A stretch of DNA of 63,765 nucleotides, filler included, from Sluysia triapertura (taxonomy: Eukaryota): assembly GCA_046118255.1 (NCBI GenBank). It is 5 parts of 5 records of this genome, joined end to end, with 100 filler letters (N's around TTAATTAATTAA, not from the genome) between each part and the next. Parts side by side here need not be neighbours in the genome. Positions count along the whole stretch, not along the records: positions 24,455 to 39,465 come from JBJNIA010241657.1; positions 39,566 to 52,474 come from JBJNIA010073166.1; 3 more parts are not named here. One strand, 5' to 3'. Positions 27,376-42,059 of this stretch are shown piece after piece (positions within the stretch are counted from its first letter, which is position 1; each line of letters begins with the position of its first letter). The notes beneath the pieces are model-generated. The model saw nothing but the letters and a program-made list of their open reading frames with translations. It ran no database searches and had not been told where the DNA came from. The position numbers and the translations under genes are program-made.

Positions 27376-30300
27376 AAATTAGTTAATTGTTTCATTTTAA
27401 TTAAATTTATCTTTTTAAAATTAAACATTTATAAAATAAAAATGCAAAATAAATTAATATGGCCCTCCACACTTTAATGAGTGATACTAACTTGATGCTT
27501 ATCATTAAAGTCAAGAGCTAGTTGATCCGACAGAAACACAAGATTGGTTTTATCAGACATAGGTAAGTGAGGTTTATGAATGAAACTCCCACGTTCCTCC
27601 CATTTATATGAAAGTGGATGTTTGGATATATTTAATTAAGTTTCTTCCTGAACGAATAAGATTGCGAATGAAGAAGGAATTTCACTAGCTTCAACTTGGA
27701 TCTTATTATCTGATGACAAATGGATTGTATATAAGGAAGAGAAGCTTTCAATTTTATCTGCAAAGGGATTTGATAAAATTTGTAATTTTAAGAATATTGT
27801 AATTTTAAGATTTCCTCTTGCTGCTGCTATTATAACCGGTTTGTGATCATTAGGATACCCATGTAGCGTATTAACAATCAATGGAGTTTGAATATTTCCT
27901 ACATGCAACAAGTGAATGATGAAAGGTGCATCAATCTCACACTTCAAAATATTCAGAGTAATATTAGACTTAAGAAGAGTAAAGCGGTCGATGCTGTTTT
28001 AGAAAGAGTATGTATTATTTATAATCTTTGCATGTGAGTGTGTCATTGTACCTGAATAGGAGGATATATTTCAACAAAAGAAAAGATTTATATATGATAA
28101 ATTAATCGTTAATTTATTTTCATATAATTCATATCAAATTGTACAATAACTCATGTAATTTAGGAAAATTAAAAAAATTAGTTTTAAGTATGATTTTTCT
28201 TGAAGAATGGATTTATCTTTCTTTTTTCGTCAATTTTGTATAAGCCTGCCTTATATAAACCTCTTATTTGTCTACAACATCGATTATGCTTATGAGATTT
28301 TGTTAAACCAGGAAGACAGTTAAGTGGTGTTTTTTAGACTGTTTTTAGTATTGAATTTAATTTTAACGTCTGATACCAATTTAATAGGTTATAGTCTTGA
28401 TACTGATTTAGTAGTTTATGTATTTGAGTTTTGTCGGAATTTAGCATAAAAGATTCGATGGCCGAATTCGACTTAAAGAATGTAACTTTAAAGTGAAATA
28501 ATTGAGTTACAATAACATTTATTAATTTATCTACTACACATTTAGAACTTGGCAAAGTATAGTAGTAAGGCGTCCTAACAGAATTGAAGTCGATAAAATT
28601 GTTGCTGATATATTGTTCATGTAATACTTTATAATGTATGCTCATATTATTAATTTAGATACATTTACTTTGACTTCAATTTTACATTTATATACATAGT
28701 AAAATAAATTATTAAAAGTCATAAAAAAAAGAAAAATTTTATTTTTTTACGATTTATAGCAAAAATCAAGCGTCTAAAATTTAAACATTTATTTGTCATC
28801 GCATTCGATTGGGTTGAATTTGTTGCTGCGTCTTTCCACATGTAATGAGCCTCGCTGCTGGGTAGATTATTTGAAATAAGCAACGTGGATGAATTGAAAG
28901 TTAAAAAAGTATTAGATTGATTATTTCGAATGAGTTTGTTGTTGGATTATTGTGAATGTCGAGTAATGTTTTTTGTGAATTAGTTAATGTAAATTGATAG
29001 TGTTGAATATGATTGTGATTTGGATGTTGTGGAAGTTTAATAAATTTTTCGTGGTTATGATTGTTGACCACCACACTGTATACTAAGATAAGTAGGTTGA
29101 GTAATAACTAATTCCTATATTTAAATGTTCTGTATAACGATATTTGACGAAATTTTCAAGCAAATAGGAATGGCGAAATTTCCCTTTATAAAATATTTGT
29201 ATTTCTTCATTCTTGTTCTGCATAAAGGACAAGTCATGTGTTCAGTTATGGCAAAGTGAAAAAGATTGATAAATACATTCAAAATGAAATTTATGCATAT
29301 ATGTTAGTGTTTTTGTGTAATGCTTATGTATTGATTTTTGGCAAATGGAACTTATAATGTAAATTAAAATTTAAGAAAATAAAAGATATAATTAGATAAT
29401 ATAATTTTATAAATTGGTATAAGTAATAAAACTTTAATAAAATAGAACTGAGTGTACTGTAAAAGTTACTCCTATATTCCTAAAGTAAATTAAAGATAAT
29501 GAGTAATAATTTTACAAGTTAGGTAACCAGTCAAACAGAGTTATTACTCATTCCTATACTTTTGGTGTTAATTACATTATAACTAAAATATAAATTCTTA
29601 ATTGATAATAAATTTATAGCTATAAAAATACAAGATATTATATACTGAATATACAAAATATAAAATAAATTTCATATTAATAAGGCACACGGTAATTTTA
29701 TTTCAGATTTTAAAGGTAGATTATTCTACCTGTATAGAATATTATTACTAATAAAAATAAACTTATATGAATAAAACTTACTATTTGAAAAGAAAATATA
29801 ACGATTAATATAGGCGGTTCAGCAGGATGGTGTACAGTAGAAATTGTTTACCTTTACTTAATCGATAATATATTGTGTTATTCGTTAACATCGAAGATTA
29901 ACGTCGAGTAGAATTCATAAGAATGAACAATTTATTAACAATAATTTCGTTTATTGTGTTAGTAATTTTAAGCGACTGTGAAGTCGTATTTTTATGAAAT
30001 AAAATGAAAACACTCTATAATATTAACTTACAAAAAATAGTTGTGCAGGTTCTAGTATCACGAAATTAAAATATTATTATTATATTCTCATTTTATTATA
30101 TTTTATGTGCACCTGCACCTTGACAGCTCCCTGGTAAATATTAATGAAATAAATGCTGGAAATGGGTTGAGTCTAATTTGAAAAACTGGTGAGACAATTT
30201 AGCTGGTGGAGGATTGTCAAAACAATTGAAATAAATCACACGAAATTGTCGTTACCGTTGCATTATAGTTTGTAAAAATGATTTACTTATTAGTGTCAAC

Positions 30301-31679
30301 ATGTTATGCACTATTTTTGATAATTATTACCTTAAAGGTCGTACCTTTGAATCATTTTTTGTACATTAAATATTTTAATAATTACTAATTGATAAAGTCT
30401 CTGGGTCTTTTAAAATGTTTATTATATTATTATTTTTTGTCTTTAATTTATTACGATTATTATTTTGGCAAATTTATTATACGTTATTCTATTATTAGTA
30501 TTTGTATTATTATTGCTAGATTATTTTATAACTATGGGTTCGCCTATAGTCTACTATTTATTTTCTTGTAAATGAACGTATCTATAGGATTACAAGTATG
30601 TAACTCGTCATACGTTTTTTCTTTAATAATCTTCTATTATTAATTAGTCACTTGTTTACAATCACTTGCCCTTTTGATCTTTCTTTGCTCTTTCTTTAAA
30701 TTATAAACAGTAGAATATGCCTTCCAAGTCTCCTAACTTTATTAATACAATTAGGTTACTAAAAAAATTAATAACGCAACTTCAGTATATAGATAATCAA
30801 TAAGACTCAAAAGTTTTTACATCAATAATAATATTAATAATAATAACACTGTTAACTAATTAAAGGAATCAAAAAACTCTTCCAAAAATTTTATTTCATA
30901 CTTAAAACCTAATGAGTATATTGTAATTTTAAAATTGATTTTGACTATCGTATTAGGATAGCCCAAAGATTTGAGTATTTTAAGAGTCATTGTATACTTT
31001 ACCTTTAAGTAAAATAAAACTTACGAATAAATTGAACAATTTTAAATGGGATGGTGTCATGTTTTGATAACTTGGATGGATTAGTTGACGTTTTAGAATT
31101 TTCGATTCCAGCGATAATTTTGCTGTATTTCACGACTAAAAATTTCCTTAACTAATGTACAGTAATAAACTATATAAATGCAACTAAACTCGCAATAACA
31201 ATAAATTTGAATAGATAAAAATATCCAAAATTTCGGAAAACTAATATGTCTATATACTATATTTAATAGAAATTAACACTAAATAATTAGCAATAAATTT
31301 ATAACAATATTAACAACACAATAATTTAATCAAGAAACCAAGGGTGACGTAACTAACAACAACCTCCACACAAAAAAATCTATACACAGTAAAAATTTAC
31401 AATTAATTAATTTACAGTTTTAATATTATAAACTCAAAATCAGTCGATTAAATATTCTTCAATGATTTTTGGGCAGGGAGCTTCTAAAAAATCAATTTTT
31501 ATGAATAACTTAAAAATCAAAATTAAAATAATAATCAAATATTTTATTTTAAAATAATTTAATAATAATCAAATGTTTCAAAATAATTTGGACACGTAGC
31601 CCCGAAAAATCAATTTTTATAAATAATTTAGTAAAAATTATTTTCCTAAAAATAAATAAAATAAACAAAATTGCAAGCA

Positions 31680-32420
31680 GCATGGAAATTAGTATGACTG
31701 TTCGATTTTTGAATTGTCGCTCTGATTATTGTGTTTCTGAGTTTCACAATCAAAGACTCACAAATCATCAAAACCTCTTTGATAATAGACCGACAATAAT
31801 AACTTTGACAATTACGTGGTACGGTCTGTCAAACTTTATTAGGTACAAAACACAAAAGCTTGATTAATTATCAAGAATAATTTTCTTAATTTTTATTTAA
31901 ATTACTTATCACCATAAAGTTACAACCAACAATTTCGTTAGCACACATAAAAATAATGAATTTAATTTTTGTTTCTAGAATTTAATTGATATTCGATTTT
32001 TCACGCCTAATTTTCTCAGAGAAAATGCTTAAGGTTCTTATTGTGAAACAAACTACTCTACAGATATTTCACACTCACTTATAGATTATCCTTTTTATAT
32101 CAATCATCTCACATTCAATTCATTATATTTTTATCATTCTAAGTATAAATTCCATAATTAAAAGTAATTAAAATTTGACTATGCTCAATATTAAGGCTTT
32201 CCTTCCACGAACTCGGTCAAACCATAAATACTTTAAAATTTAATAAAGTCTTTCTCATTCAAACGTTATTCACAAAAACGTACTTTTTCTTAATTAAGTT
32301 AATTAAGATTTTAATTAACTAATCTATTTTTAGACTTAATCTTATTTTATGTTTAAAGGTTTTATTAAGGTTCTAATATTATTTTCTAGTTTATAAGGTA
32401 CCTTTTTCTATTTCATATTA
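31680..32420. repeat. Dispersed repeat family A copy
   Basis: Aligns with 63131-63765 (e.g. tggtacggtctgtcaaa; aatattaaggctttcctt) and with 7600-7870. Confidence 0.85.
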
Positions 32421-35214
32421 AATATTACCATACTATGTTTATCCTTAATACCAATAACAATGATTGGTATTATTTCAAATACTTCAAAGATTTTAAGATT
32501 ACTCGTAATTTTCAAAAGCTTAATGAAATCGCAAAGGATCTCAAGGTTCACAAGTTCAATGACATCTTAATGCTTCTAAAAGTTTTCCCAACCCATCTCA
32601 AACTTCCGTGAAGTCTGAACACCCTATATAGAACTTCTTCAGTTATCCACATTACTATAAATGTTTTCATCTTCATAATTCTTATTCCAACAATATTTAT
32701 AATGTACTATCAATTACTTTCTCCTTTATTTTGTGGTTCTATATGTTTCTCACTCGTCTTCGGATCCATAGTTGATCCAAATAAATTTTTTTGATGTATC
32801 TCTACATGATGTTAACTTATTGTCCACAAATAAGTTACAGCATCTGTTTTCCACTAATAAATATTTTTAAAATCCTAAAAATATTATTTGTGTTACCAGT
32901 TATAATTCATTGTGAAAATTAAATGTTCATGAAAATTCTTGTAAGGATTATTAAAAGGTTTCATGATATTGTTATATTTATTATAAATATAGGTAACATT
33001 TTTCAAATTAAAACCTTGTTGAAGTATCATTATAATCACTATTGTAATATATAAATACTTTGTTTTTCAAAAATGATAATAAAACTTATGAAGTTTATTT
33101 TAAATATTAAAATCTTTGTTAAATTTGTATATTTGGCAAGAATTAGTGGTTTTAGGCAGTAATTATGATTCAAATTATTTAGATAAAAATTATTGAAAAC
33201 CTATAAAAATTTTCTCTTTCTAAAAATTTTTATTATAATTCAAATGATATCGGAAAACCCATCAGTAATTATTACAGTTAATGTGTTACGAAATGAGTCC
33301 TTTTAGAAATGTAAATCTAAGTTTAACAATTAACTAAAATCCATTTCCGAAAAGTATGCAGGCGTTTTCTGCGATTCACTTATGTAAAATAAATGTGAAG
33401 ATTGGTTCGCCTATAGTAAGTGTCTTAGATCGAATGGAAGGCACCCCTATAGGTTTTGGTATGTATGTGCGCAAGACTAATAACCCTGGTATATATTTAA
33501 TCTAAGGTTTATTATTCGACTTTAACTATTGATGGGCTATAGTTTATACTAATGCCTACGTGGTATTATTAATTCAAATTATCATACGTTCCGTTTAATC
33601 TTTTAAATGAACAATTACAGCTTTGATTTTTTCTTTATATTAACAGGGGATTCTTATTCTTTAATATTTTATTCGATTATCTTTAATTGAAATCGTATAT
33701 TTTCTTTGCAACAAACAACAGTATTGGCTAAATCAGTAACTAATGTATTAAATCAACAATAAATAACGATACACGATACATCCTCTTTTATACAATATTT
33801 CAAGCCGATAGTAATATTATGATACAAAATAATAAAATAAGATAAAATAGATGTATAATTAAAAGATCTTAACATATGTATAAAACATTATTATTATAAG
33901 AATTTATTCTTAATGCGCTTCAACGATTTCAGTGATATTTTGAAGCTAGCATTGAACTTGTTGCAAAAATAAAAATAATTTAAGCCTGATTTTCAACCTT
34001 CGTTAACACTCATATTAATAAAATTTACGAATTAACACAAAGTGATTTTAGAATTACCGGCAAACATTTCTTCACGAAGGATTTTTTCTGATAATGACAA
34101 TCTTGATTCAATACTCAATAAATTCCAATTTACAGCTTTCTCCAAATAACGTTGCCAGATTTTTTTAATAATTATAATCGATCAAATAGTCAGTAAATTC
34201 CAAGTAAACTTGTATTAATTTTTTATAAATCTTTATTAAAAATTAACACTCAACATGTTATCTCATTTTTAAAAAGTAATTTATTGTGTGAAGACGGCTG
34301 TCAGTCTGGATTTTTATATTAAAATGAAAATGGGCGTTACGTCATATATCGATTTACAAGATTTTACAGGCGTCACACATTAATTAATAATTAATTAAAA
34401 ATATGATAATAATTATTATATTATTTTTAATATAATGTATAACAATTGAACATAATTTTATAAAATTAGTAAACGTGAAAGCCATAAGTGCTATTATTAA
34501 AAGTAACATTTTATTTTAATTTATTTATTTTAATATCCGTATATTGCACGTACCTGTAAACTAAATGCCAGTTGAAGTTGTGATCGTAAAAATTATCGAC
34601 TTTATTTCGTATCAGGTTCAATGTGACTCAGATAACAGATTGTGTAAATAATAAATAATTAAATAATAATAATTTTTAATTTAGAATTATTTTTGGAATC
34701 TTTTCGTGATTTTAACTATATATTTTTTCTTCTTAAATGAATCCTTGTCGCTGACCTTTTATTTTTGTGAAAATTTTATTTTATTTCCCTTTATTTATCA
34801 AATAACTGTCAAAAATTAATATTTCATTTGCCTATTAGACTTAATACTATGATTAAACAAATTCGCTTGCACTTTATTGATGAAAAGAATGAGTCCGTTG
34901 AAAAATTTATTTATTTATTTCTCATGCAACAAATTTATATTGTTTTTAATAGTTTGAGCCTTAATCATGTTATTAAATAGTAAATTTGAAATGGATGTTT
35001 GAAAATGTAAAATTGAAATTTAAATGTATGATGAGCCTTCATGAATGATGAATAATGAATTAAATTTGTTAATAAACGAACAATAAATCAAATACTATAC
35101 GCAATTTAACGAATGTTTCATTAATGATGAATAATGAATTAAATGTAAATATTGTATGAACTATATTATAAATTAAACTAAATGTAATAATGAATAAAAT
35201 GAATGCATATTAAT

Positions 35215-36120
35215 ATAATAATTTATATTGCGCTCATACTTACTGCAAAATAAGTATTCAAAATCATCCACTATAATAACATAAATAACTTTACCTTTTT
35301 ATTAAATATTTCACAATCTTCCAGTAATTTGACATTATCTGGTAGCTGGTTGTATAGTTTTGAAAGCTAGCTTATTATCACTGTGGATTCTGTATGTTTA
35401 ATGAAATATTTATCTTGGTTGACAAATTTTTTATTATTTCTAAAAGATATTCAGGACCTCCATAATGTAAGCATTTGTAAATTATTGTCATGATTTTGAA
35501 TTCTATTCTTGCTTTTATTGCCAACCAATGTAATTCCTTAAGATAAGGTGTTACATGAGATCTTCAAACTTGGAAAATTCGTCTTGCTGCTTGATTAATT
35601 ATTAATTGTAATTTTTTTCACTTTTAGATATGAAATTGAGTACAATAAACCATTGTTAAAATTTATGTTGCTGGTTATCAATGAATGAACAATAAGTTTA
35701 GTTGTTTCTTTATTAATAAATTTTCGAATATGTGATACATTATTTAATTGATATTTACACTTTTCAACAATACAATTAATATTTTCTTCCATGTTCATTA
35801 TTGAATCCATAAACAGCCTATATTTCGTACTTTTTGCTTTTCATATAGTGTCTTACCACCTACAATTAACTCTGCTTCATTTATTTTGCTATTGTCGCTA
35901 TTTTTATTACTGAATATAAATTCAGATACTAGTTCTTCAGTTCTTTGAAGAGCATCTTCTGTTGTTCAGTACATATTTCACGTCAGCATATATATGGTAT
36001 TAAAACCATAGGTACATGCTTTACATGTACCTCATTTATATACATATACTTCTCATTATTCAATAAAACATAGTGCCTTCTTTCTTTCAAATATGATTTA
36101 AACCATTTTATTGCTCTAAA
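35215..36120 (-). mobile_element. 5-prime truncated, decayed L2/CR1-group LINE with RT remnant
   Basis: AIKWFKSYLKERRHYV, YHIYAD (degenerate YADD), IRKFINKETTKLIVHSLITS and LHWLAIKARIEFK; same family as 11810-12262. Confidence 0.85.
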
Positions 36121-36924
36121 TGATTTTAAAAATTATGTATATGTATTAAATACAATAGTAAAAATATATAAAAATGGTACAAAAATATGATAAACTAAAT
36201 ATACAACATACGATAAACGAAATATACAACTTGACAAGTAAATAAATTTTAAAGCCGGCGTCCCGAAAGCGCTGCGTCCAGTTGCTTCCTTGTAGCTACG
36301 CCACTTCGCTTATGGTACTTCATTGTAACAGCAATAATGTATACTAATAGAATATTTATGTGATTTTAGTTACTTTATTTTTAAGAATGTAATAAAATTA
36401 ATGAAATAATTTAATTTCATTAATTTATATTCTTCAATTGCTTAAAAAATTTTTACACTAAACAAAAATAAGCATTATATTTTTAAAATAATTTTTCCTT
36501 AAAATTAGGATACTGAATTTCTGACAATGATAATTGTTGATCCAGAATAAACTGCAATATCTCAATTTCAATCTCAATAACCTTTTCTGTAATATTATCG
36601 TATTCTAAAATTCTTTAAAAGTTGACAACCTGCCTTTTACTGTTAATAAAAAATACCTCGTTTTATAGTGCCATATTATAACCAAAGATTTTCATGATTG
36701 TATTCCATAGTAAGTTCTTCACAATTAATTGGTCAATTTTCCCTTTTTCTTTCTTTATCTTTTCATGGTATTTTGTATAATATTTCAAATTCTAAGTTTT
36801 TCTTAGGGTTCTTATTTTAAAATTTATTAATTTTACAATATTAATTAAGACTTATATCGATAAAAGTTGGGTATAATAAACTTAGGTTTTTGACTCTTCC
36901 AAAAATCACTATAATTTTTGGTAT

Positions 36925-37133
36925 TTAACTCTCCTTCTACAAGTCGGCTCCGATGAACCCGAGTGTAAATTTCACTAGTTATTTATTAGTAATATGTTAC
37001 ATGAAAATTGTTTCAACTTCCCGACTTTTTAATTAAATCTCTTTAATGAAAAAATTAACTTTGTTATTTTATGGGTTCAATGAACCCACATGGTATACAA
37101 TGCATACATACTTTTTTGGTAGACGGAGATTAA
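36925..37133. mobile_element. About 200-bp piggyBac-like MITE
   Basis: TTAA-ctctccttctac ... gtagacggaga-TTAA imperfect TIRs, with subterminal atgaaccc / gggttcaatgaaccc motifs. Confidence 0.5.
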
Positions 37134-37709
37134 TTCATGTTGTATAGAATCGTTAAAAATAACGTAAATTAATAATTTTAACTTAAAATGATTATTTCAA
37201 TAAATTAGAAAGATAAATTTAAACTTATTTGTTTATTTATATCCAAAACAAATTCAGAGTATAAAAATAAATCCATTGTGGTGTCATTAATCAATATACA
37301 TGAAATATAGTTCCGTAAAATAAATCTGAAACAAATAATACCAAATAAATTATTATTTCCGTCTCATTAAGTATTTAGAATTTTACTTTTTAGATTTCTA
37401 CTGATATGACATAACTAAGATTTTTGAGTCGTATGAAAGTAAAAAAATAACTTTATGTTTTGCCAAGCATAAATAAATAAATTACTCGTAAACAGTCGAT
37501 TCTTAAATCTTGCATTTAATAACATGTATAAAACAATGAACTTGTCACTTTTTGTAATTATTAATTGTGGCTTAAATTATCATAATTATTTTACTATTTC
37601 TGGTATTTGTAGTTTTTAAAAGCGTACAATTTCAGATGGTACAACTATTTATGAAGTGTAATATTATTAATAATTGTAAAGTTCTAAATTAAATTTTTTA
37701 TTATGTTAG

Positions 37710-37783
37710 GCACGATATACGAAGGTACCAACAATATTCAACTGAATACAATTGCAAAATGTTTGGAAGCAGAACTAAAATAG
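37710..37783 (+). pseudogene. ACADSB: Orphan terminal exon of short/branched-chain acyl-CoA dehydrogenase
   Basis: After a tgttag acceptor: (G)TIYEGTNNIQLNTIAKCLEAELK*, matching the recalled ACADSB C-terminus GTIYEGASNIQLNTIAK; upstream exons not seen. Confidence 0.75.
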
Positions 37784-38014
37784 ATATTTGGCACATTGTG
37801 ACAGTTAATCAGTTGCTAATAAAAATCCAAATCTCAATGTTTAAACTAGGTTTACATTCGATCTTAAAATCTAACATTTTATTATTGATGACTTTAATAA
37901 AACAAAATTTAAAACATTCGTAACAATATATGTATTTTGTATTTAATTATTGATTATTTGTTTATGGTTTTATAAATTCATTTCACTTAAATGATGAACT
38001 AAAAAATATTTACG

Positions 38015-38680
38015 ATTTTTTTGGTATTTATATAAGTGCCAGTTTCTTTCAAAGGAAAAATCAATGTATCCCTATTGCTATTCGATATAAGCTAGTTTTT
38101 TTACTAACTACAAACACATACTTTGTATATGAAAGATTAATCTTGAAGTACATTGTAAAGCATACTTCAGTCCCGTTAATCCAAAACATTTTTCCCATTA
38201 GAGTAAAATAATAAATATTCTACAAAATGTTGCTGCTATTTTGCAATTAAGCTATTCATTGATTATAAAGAATTTTTGGTTTTTGGTTTTTTATAATATG
38301 AATAAAATTAAAAAAGTATCGGATTTGATAAACATTGTTGGTAGTATGCTTAATATATAAATGTTGCATTCATTTAATATTAGTGTTCAAACATTTGTGA
38401 GTCTCATGTGTGTGGAGTAAGCAGCATGATTCAAGTAATTATGGCGAAAATGTCCAGCAAGAATTACAATAAATTATTTGATTCAGAAAATAGAGGCTTG
38501 GTTTAATGTCATATATTTGCGTCTTTAGATTATGTACAAATATAAAAAAATATAAAATTCTACAAACATAAGATTATTTTAGTTTTGCAAGTACGTCTAC
38601 TTTATGTTTTGTAGCTTAACTATTAATTAATTTTCTAATGGAAAATGTAAATAAATATATTCGGTGATGAAATTTGGTAG
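38015..38680 (+). pseudogene. Possible heavily decayed RhoGAP (ARHGAP20/TAGAP-like) domain
   Basis: Fragments in domain order: GIYISAS (cf. GIFRxSA), MLHSFNISV (cf. MxxFNLAV), LLINFLMENVNK/IFGDEI (cf. FLIENCxxIFGEEI); many disruptions. Confidence 0.35.
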
Positions 38681-39465
38681 AAAAGAGCTTGCCATTCGAT
38701 TTTGTAAAGTTTTAGTAAAAATTTAATGTTAGAAATGTTTTGGTTAAGCAGCTTAACCTCTCGAAAAATGTGTGTTTTTAAATTTCATCATATTCTACTG
38801 CCATTGATGCGTTTCAAAGTTTGAATAAGGTTTATTTGAAAGTCACTGAAATTTATGTATATTAAATAATACATTTATTCCTTGCAATGGTAGTTGGTGC
38901 ACATGTTAAAAATACAGTATCCATTTATTTGTCTTTGTTTTACGACATACCAGTAGTTCATTAAATTGTGGGTTGAAAATAATATTCAAAGTAGTACTAC
39001 TACTTTAGATTAAAGATCTTTTGTGCACATAAATGAAACTGATCGAATAATAATTTATTTGATGTATCATGAATATTTCTTGACAATTAATGGTTATTAA
39101 CAACAGAAAATAATCGCGGTTCCTGTAATTTTAGTTTTAGAACTTTAAAGATACTATTTAGACTCTCTTAGTCATTGATTTTATATAACCATAAAATTAG
39201 GTAAAATTCAAATATACTGATACTTATATTAAATTAAGTAAGAATGTTTTAACTTATTTATTCCAGAATGTAATAGTGGGAAATTGGTTCATCCTGGTAT
39301 CATTAAAAAAAGTTAATTTAGTGAAAAAATTTCCTTAGTAATGTATTTCTTGAAAGCAGTGAAGATCTCACAAATCTTTTTCCAAATTTTAGGTAATGAA
39401 CTTTTCAATTATAAATCCTATAGTAATGTAATGATAATATTAATATTAATATTAATATTAGTAAT

Positions 39466-39565
39466 NNNNNNNNNNNNNNNNNNNNNNNNNNNNNNNNNNN
39501 NNNNNNNNNTTAATTAATTAANNNNNNNNNNNNNNNNNNNNNNNNNNNNNNNNNNNNNNNNNNNN
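39466..39565. other. Artificial contig spacer
   Basis: N44-TTAATTAATTAA-N44. Confidence 0.97.
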
Positions 39566-39634
39566 TGGGTGACGTAAAATATGGGTGACGTAAAATATGG
39601 GTGACGTAAAATATGGGTGACGTAAAATATGGGT
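39566..39634. repeat. 16-bp tandem repeat (TGGGTGACGTAAAATA) x4 at contig start
   Basis: Four perfect copies plus a partial copy, read directly. Confidence 0.95.
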
Positions 39635-40612
39635 TCGACAATTAATAACAGAAAATCATCAATATCACGAAGTCAATTTATCCAATTATAAATGAGACAC
39701 CAAGTCATTTTTAATTTTTTTACTACCACGGCGAATAGCAAGTTTTTTATACCAAGCTCAACAACTTTACCACTAGCAAAAATTGTATTTCAAATAATAT
39801 ATGGCAAGAAATATTCAAGGTTCAAGCACGCTTTATTTACTGAACTAAGTTGAAAGTTAAATTAATGGATTCATCCATTTTAAATATGATGGTGCAATCA
39901 ATTTTAATTCTGAGTGGATATGGATTACATTCTATTGGTTTCTTACGTCCCATAATTCTGAATTTATTATTTACAATAATAACTAATGAATAATCTTTTA
40001 ATTTTCATATTTATTGTTTTGGCTTCAATTGTTTAAATTTTAAATGAATAATATCATCTAAAGCGTTTAATATTATTTAATTAATTAATATTTAACAGAA
40101 TGACATAAAAATGACTAAATGATTTCTTTGTACTTATTTATATATGCATAAATTTTTCTGTACATACGCATTAATAAAAACATGACTAAATTCTTTGTTC
40201 CATTTGTAACGATGTAAATATGTAACGATGTAAATTTGTAACGATGCAATGTTTAATATTTGTTAATTTAATAAATTTAATTTGATAATTTTAATTTAGA
40301 TTAATTAAAATTAATATTAGAATAAATAAATAGTTATAAGAAAAGTATTTATTATTATTATTAAAAAATATTATGTAATTATATTGTAAGTGTTTAATTT
40401 CAATTTCAACATGTAATTAAAAATGCAATTTCATGTAACAAATAATAATTATTAAATTAAATTGAAATTATTATTTAAAACAAAATTATTATTATTATTG
40501 TTTAAAAAAATAATGTAAAAACTTACATCATTGCTTATCATCTTTACAACGAAACATAGTAACAAGAAATACAACAAAAACAATGAGATTTCGTTTAAGA
40601 CTACGCAATTAT

Positions 40613-40745
40613 AACTGTTGGGGTAAAAAGGCCTAAAGTGCCATTTGGTAAAATTGACTATAATGAAATAAAATCGTTAGACGTGGCTGATAGCTCAGTG
40701 GTAGAACATCGAACTGCGCAGCAAGAGGTCCCGGTCAGTCCATTT
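40613..40745 (+). repeat. tRNA-derived repeat, copy with B-box deleted
   Basis: Near-identical to 50122-50268 but lacking gttcgatccccgc. Confidence 0.85.
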
Positions 40746-41520
40746 AAATGTTACATTCGCAAAGACCGAGCAATTTTTGCAATATTTTACTAATCTTCTA
40801 TAATAATTTGCCAATCCTAAAAACTTTATCTTTTTAACATTATTTGGTTGTAGAAACTTTACAACCTTTTCTATATTTCTTGGATTTGGTTTTATACCTT
40901 CGTGTGAAACTATATGTCCATAAATTCTACTTGTTCTTCTGCCCAAATACGTTTTTTTGGTTTTATTTTTAATCTTACCACTTCTAATCGTTTTAAAGTA
41001 TTGTTAAAGTGTGTTAAAATATTATTATATAGACCATTACATTTTTACAACCTGATAAAACAAAATTCATACATCTTTGAAATGTTGCTGGAGCACCAGT
41101 TAATCCACATAGCATCTTTTCACACTCATATAATTTGTCTCCACATGAAAAGCTGTTTTATGTTTATCTTTTTCTGCTATTTCAATTTGCCCCTAACCAC
41201 TTTGAAGATCTAATGTAGTAAAATATTTAGAATTTCGCAATTTATCCAACATTTCATCTATTCTTGGTAATGGAAATATGTTTTTTCTTGCAATTTTTTA
41301 ATTCTATAAAATCAATACAAAATCTCATAGTACCATCTTTTTTCTTAACTAATAACACTGGCGAGGAGAGTGGTAAAAACTTGGTCGAATAACTCTAGCT
41401 TTTTCATTGTTTCGATTTGATCTTTCATTTCTTGTTGGTTACACATAGGTATACGAAGTGGTTTCTTTCTGATAACCTTGTCTTCTAATAATGGAATTTC
41501 ATGTTTTATTATTACTGAAT
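40746..41520 (-). pseudogene. Ty3/Gypsy reverse transcriptase and connection remnant
   Basis: HEIPL, SPVLLVKKKDGTMRFCIDF, FPLPRIDEMLDKL, YFTTLDLQSG, GHIVSHEGIKPNP, FLGLANYYRRLV and FKWT; YxDD region not recognisable. Confidence 0.92.
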
Positions 41521-42059
41521 CACCTATATCATATTTGTTTTTGGCTATTGCCCATGGATATCGATAAATAACTTTGTATAGTAACTCCTTTTGGTCTTAT
41601 TTTTTATTTCTATTTCTTCATAATCTTCTTCATCATCGGTATCTATATTTCTTTGTAAATTAATATTGTTTATAATATATTTAATATTATTATTAAATTA
41701 TATTTGATACCAAATTTATTTGGTATAGCTTATTTATAGCTATAGTTTATTTATAGCTTACTATTTCTCCTAATTTCGTTCCTGCATATAACCATTTGTT
41801 TTCTTCTGCATAATTTATTATTCTTATTGGAATATTTCCATCGCGAATTCTACAAAGAGAATCTGCTATACAAATATTTAATTTTTCTTGTTTATTCTTT
41901 GAATCAATAAACGTTATTGGACCATTTCTGAGGCTATTTGTTTTAATTTGTACAATATATTCAGTTCTACTTAATATCCAATGATGTTCTTCTAATATAA
42001 CATCATCATCATCATCATCATCATCGACTGGTCGATCAGTATGACTATCCATTAATCTT

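Noticed and set aside
36290-36305. hAT-type TIR gtagctacgccact
   Set aside because: No partner TIR or TSD found.
39566-39634. CRISPR array or telomere
   Set aside because: No spacers, eukaryotic context, and the unit is not a known metazoan telomeric repeat.
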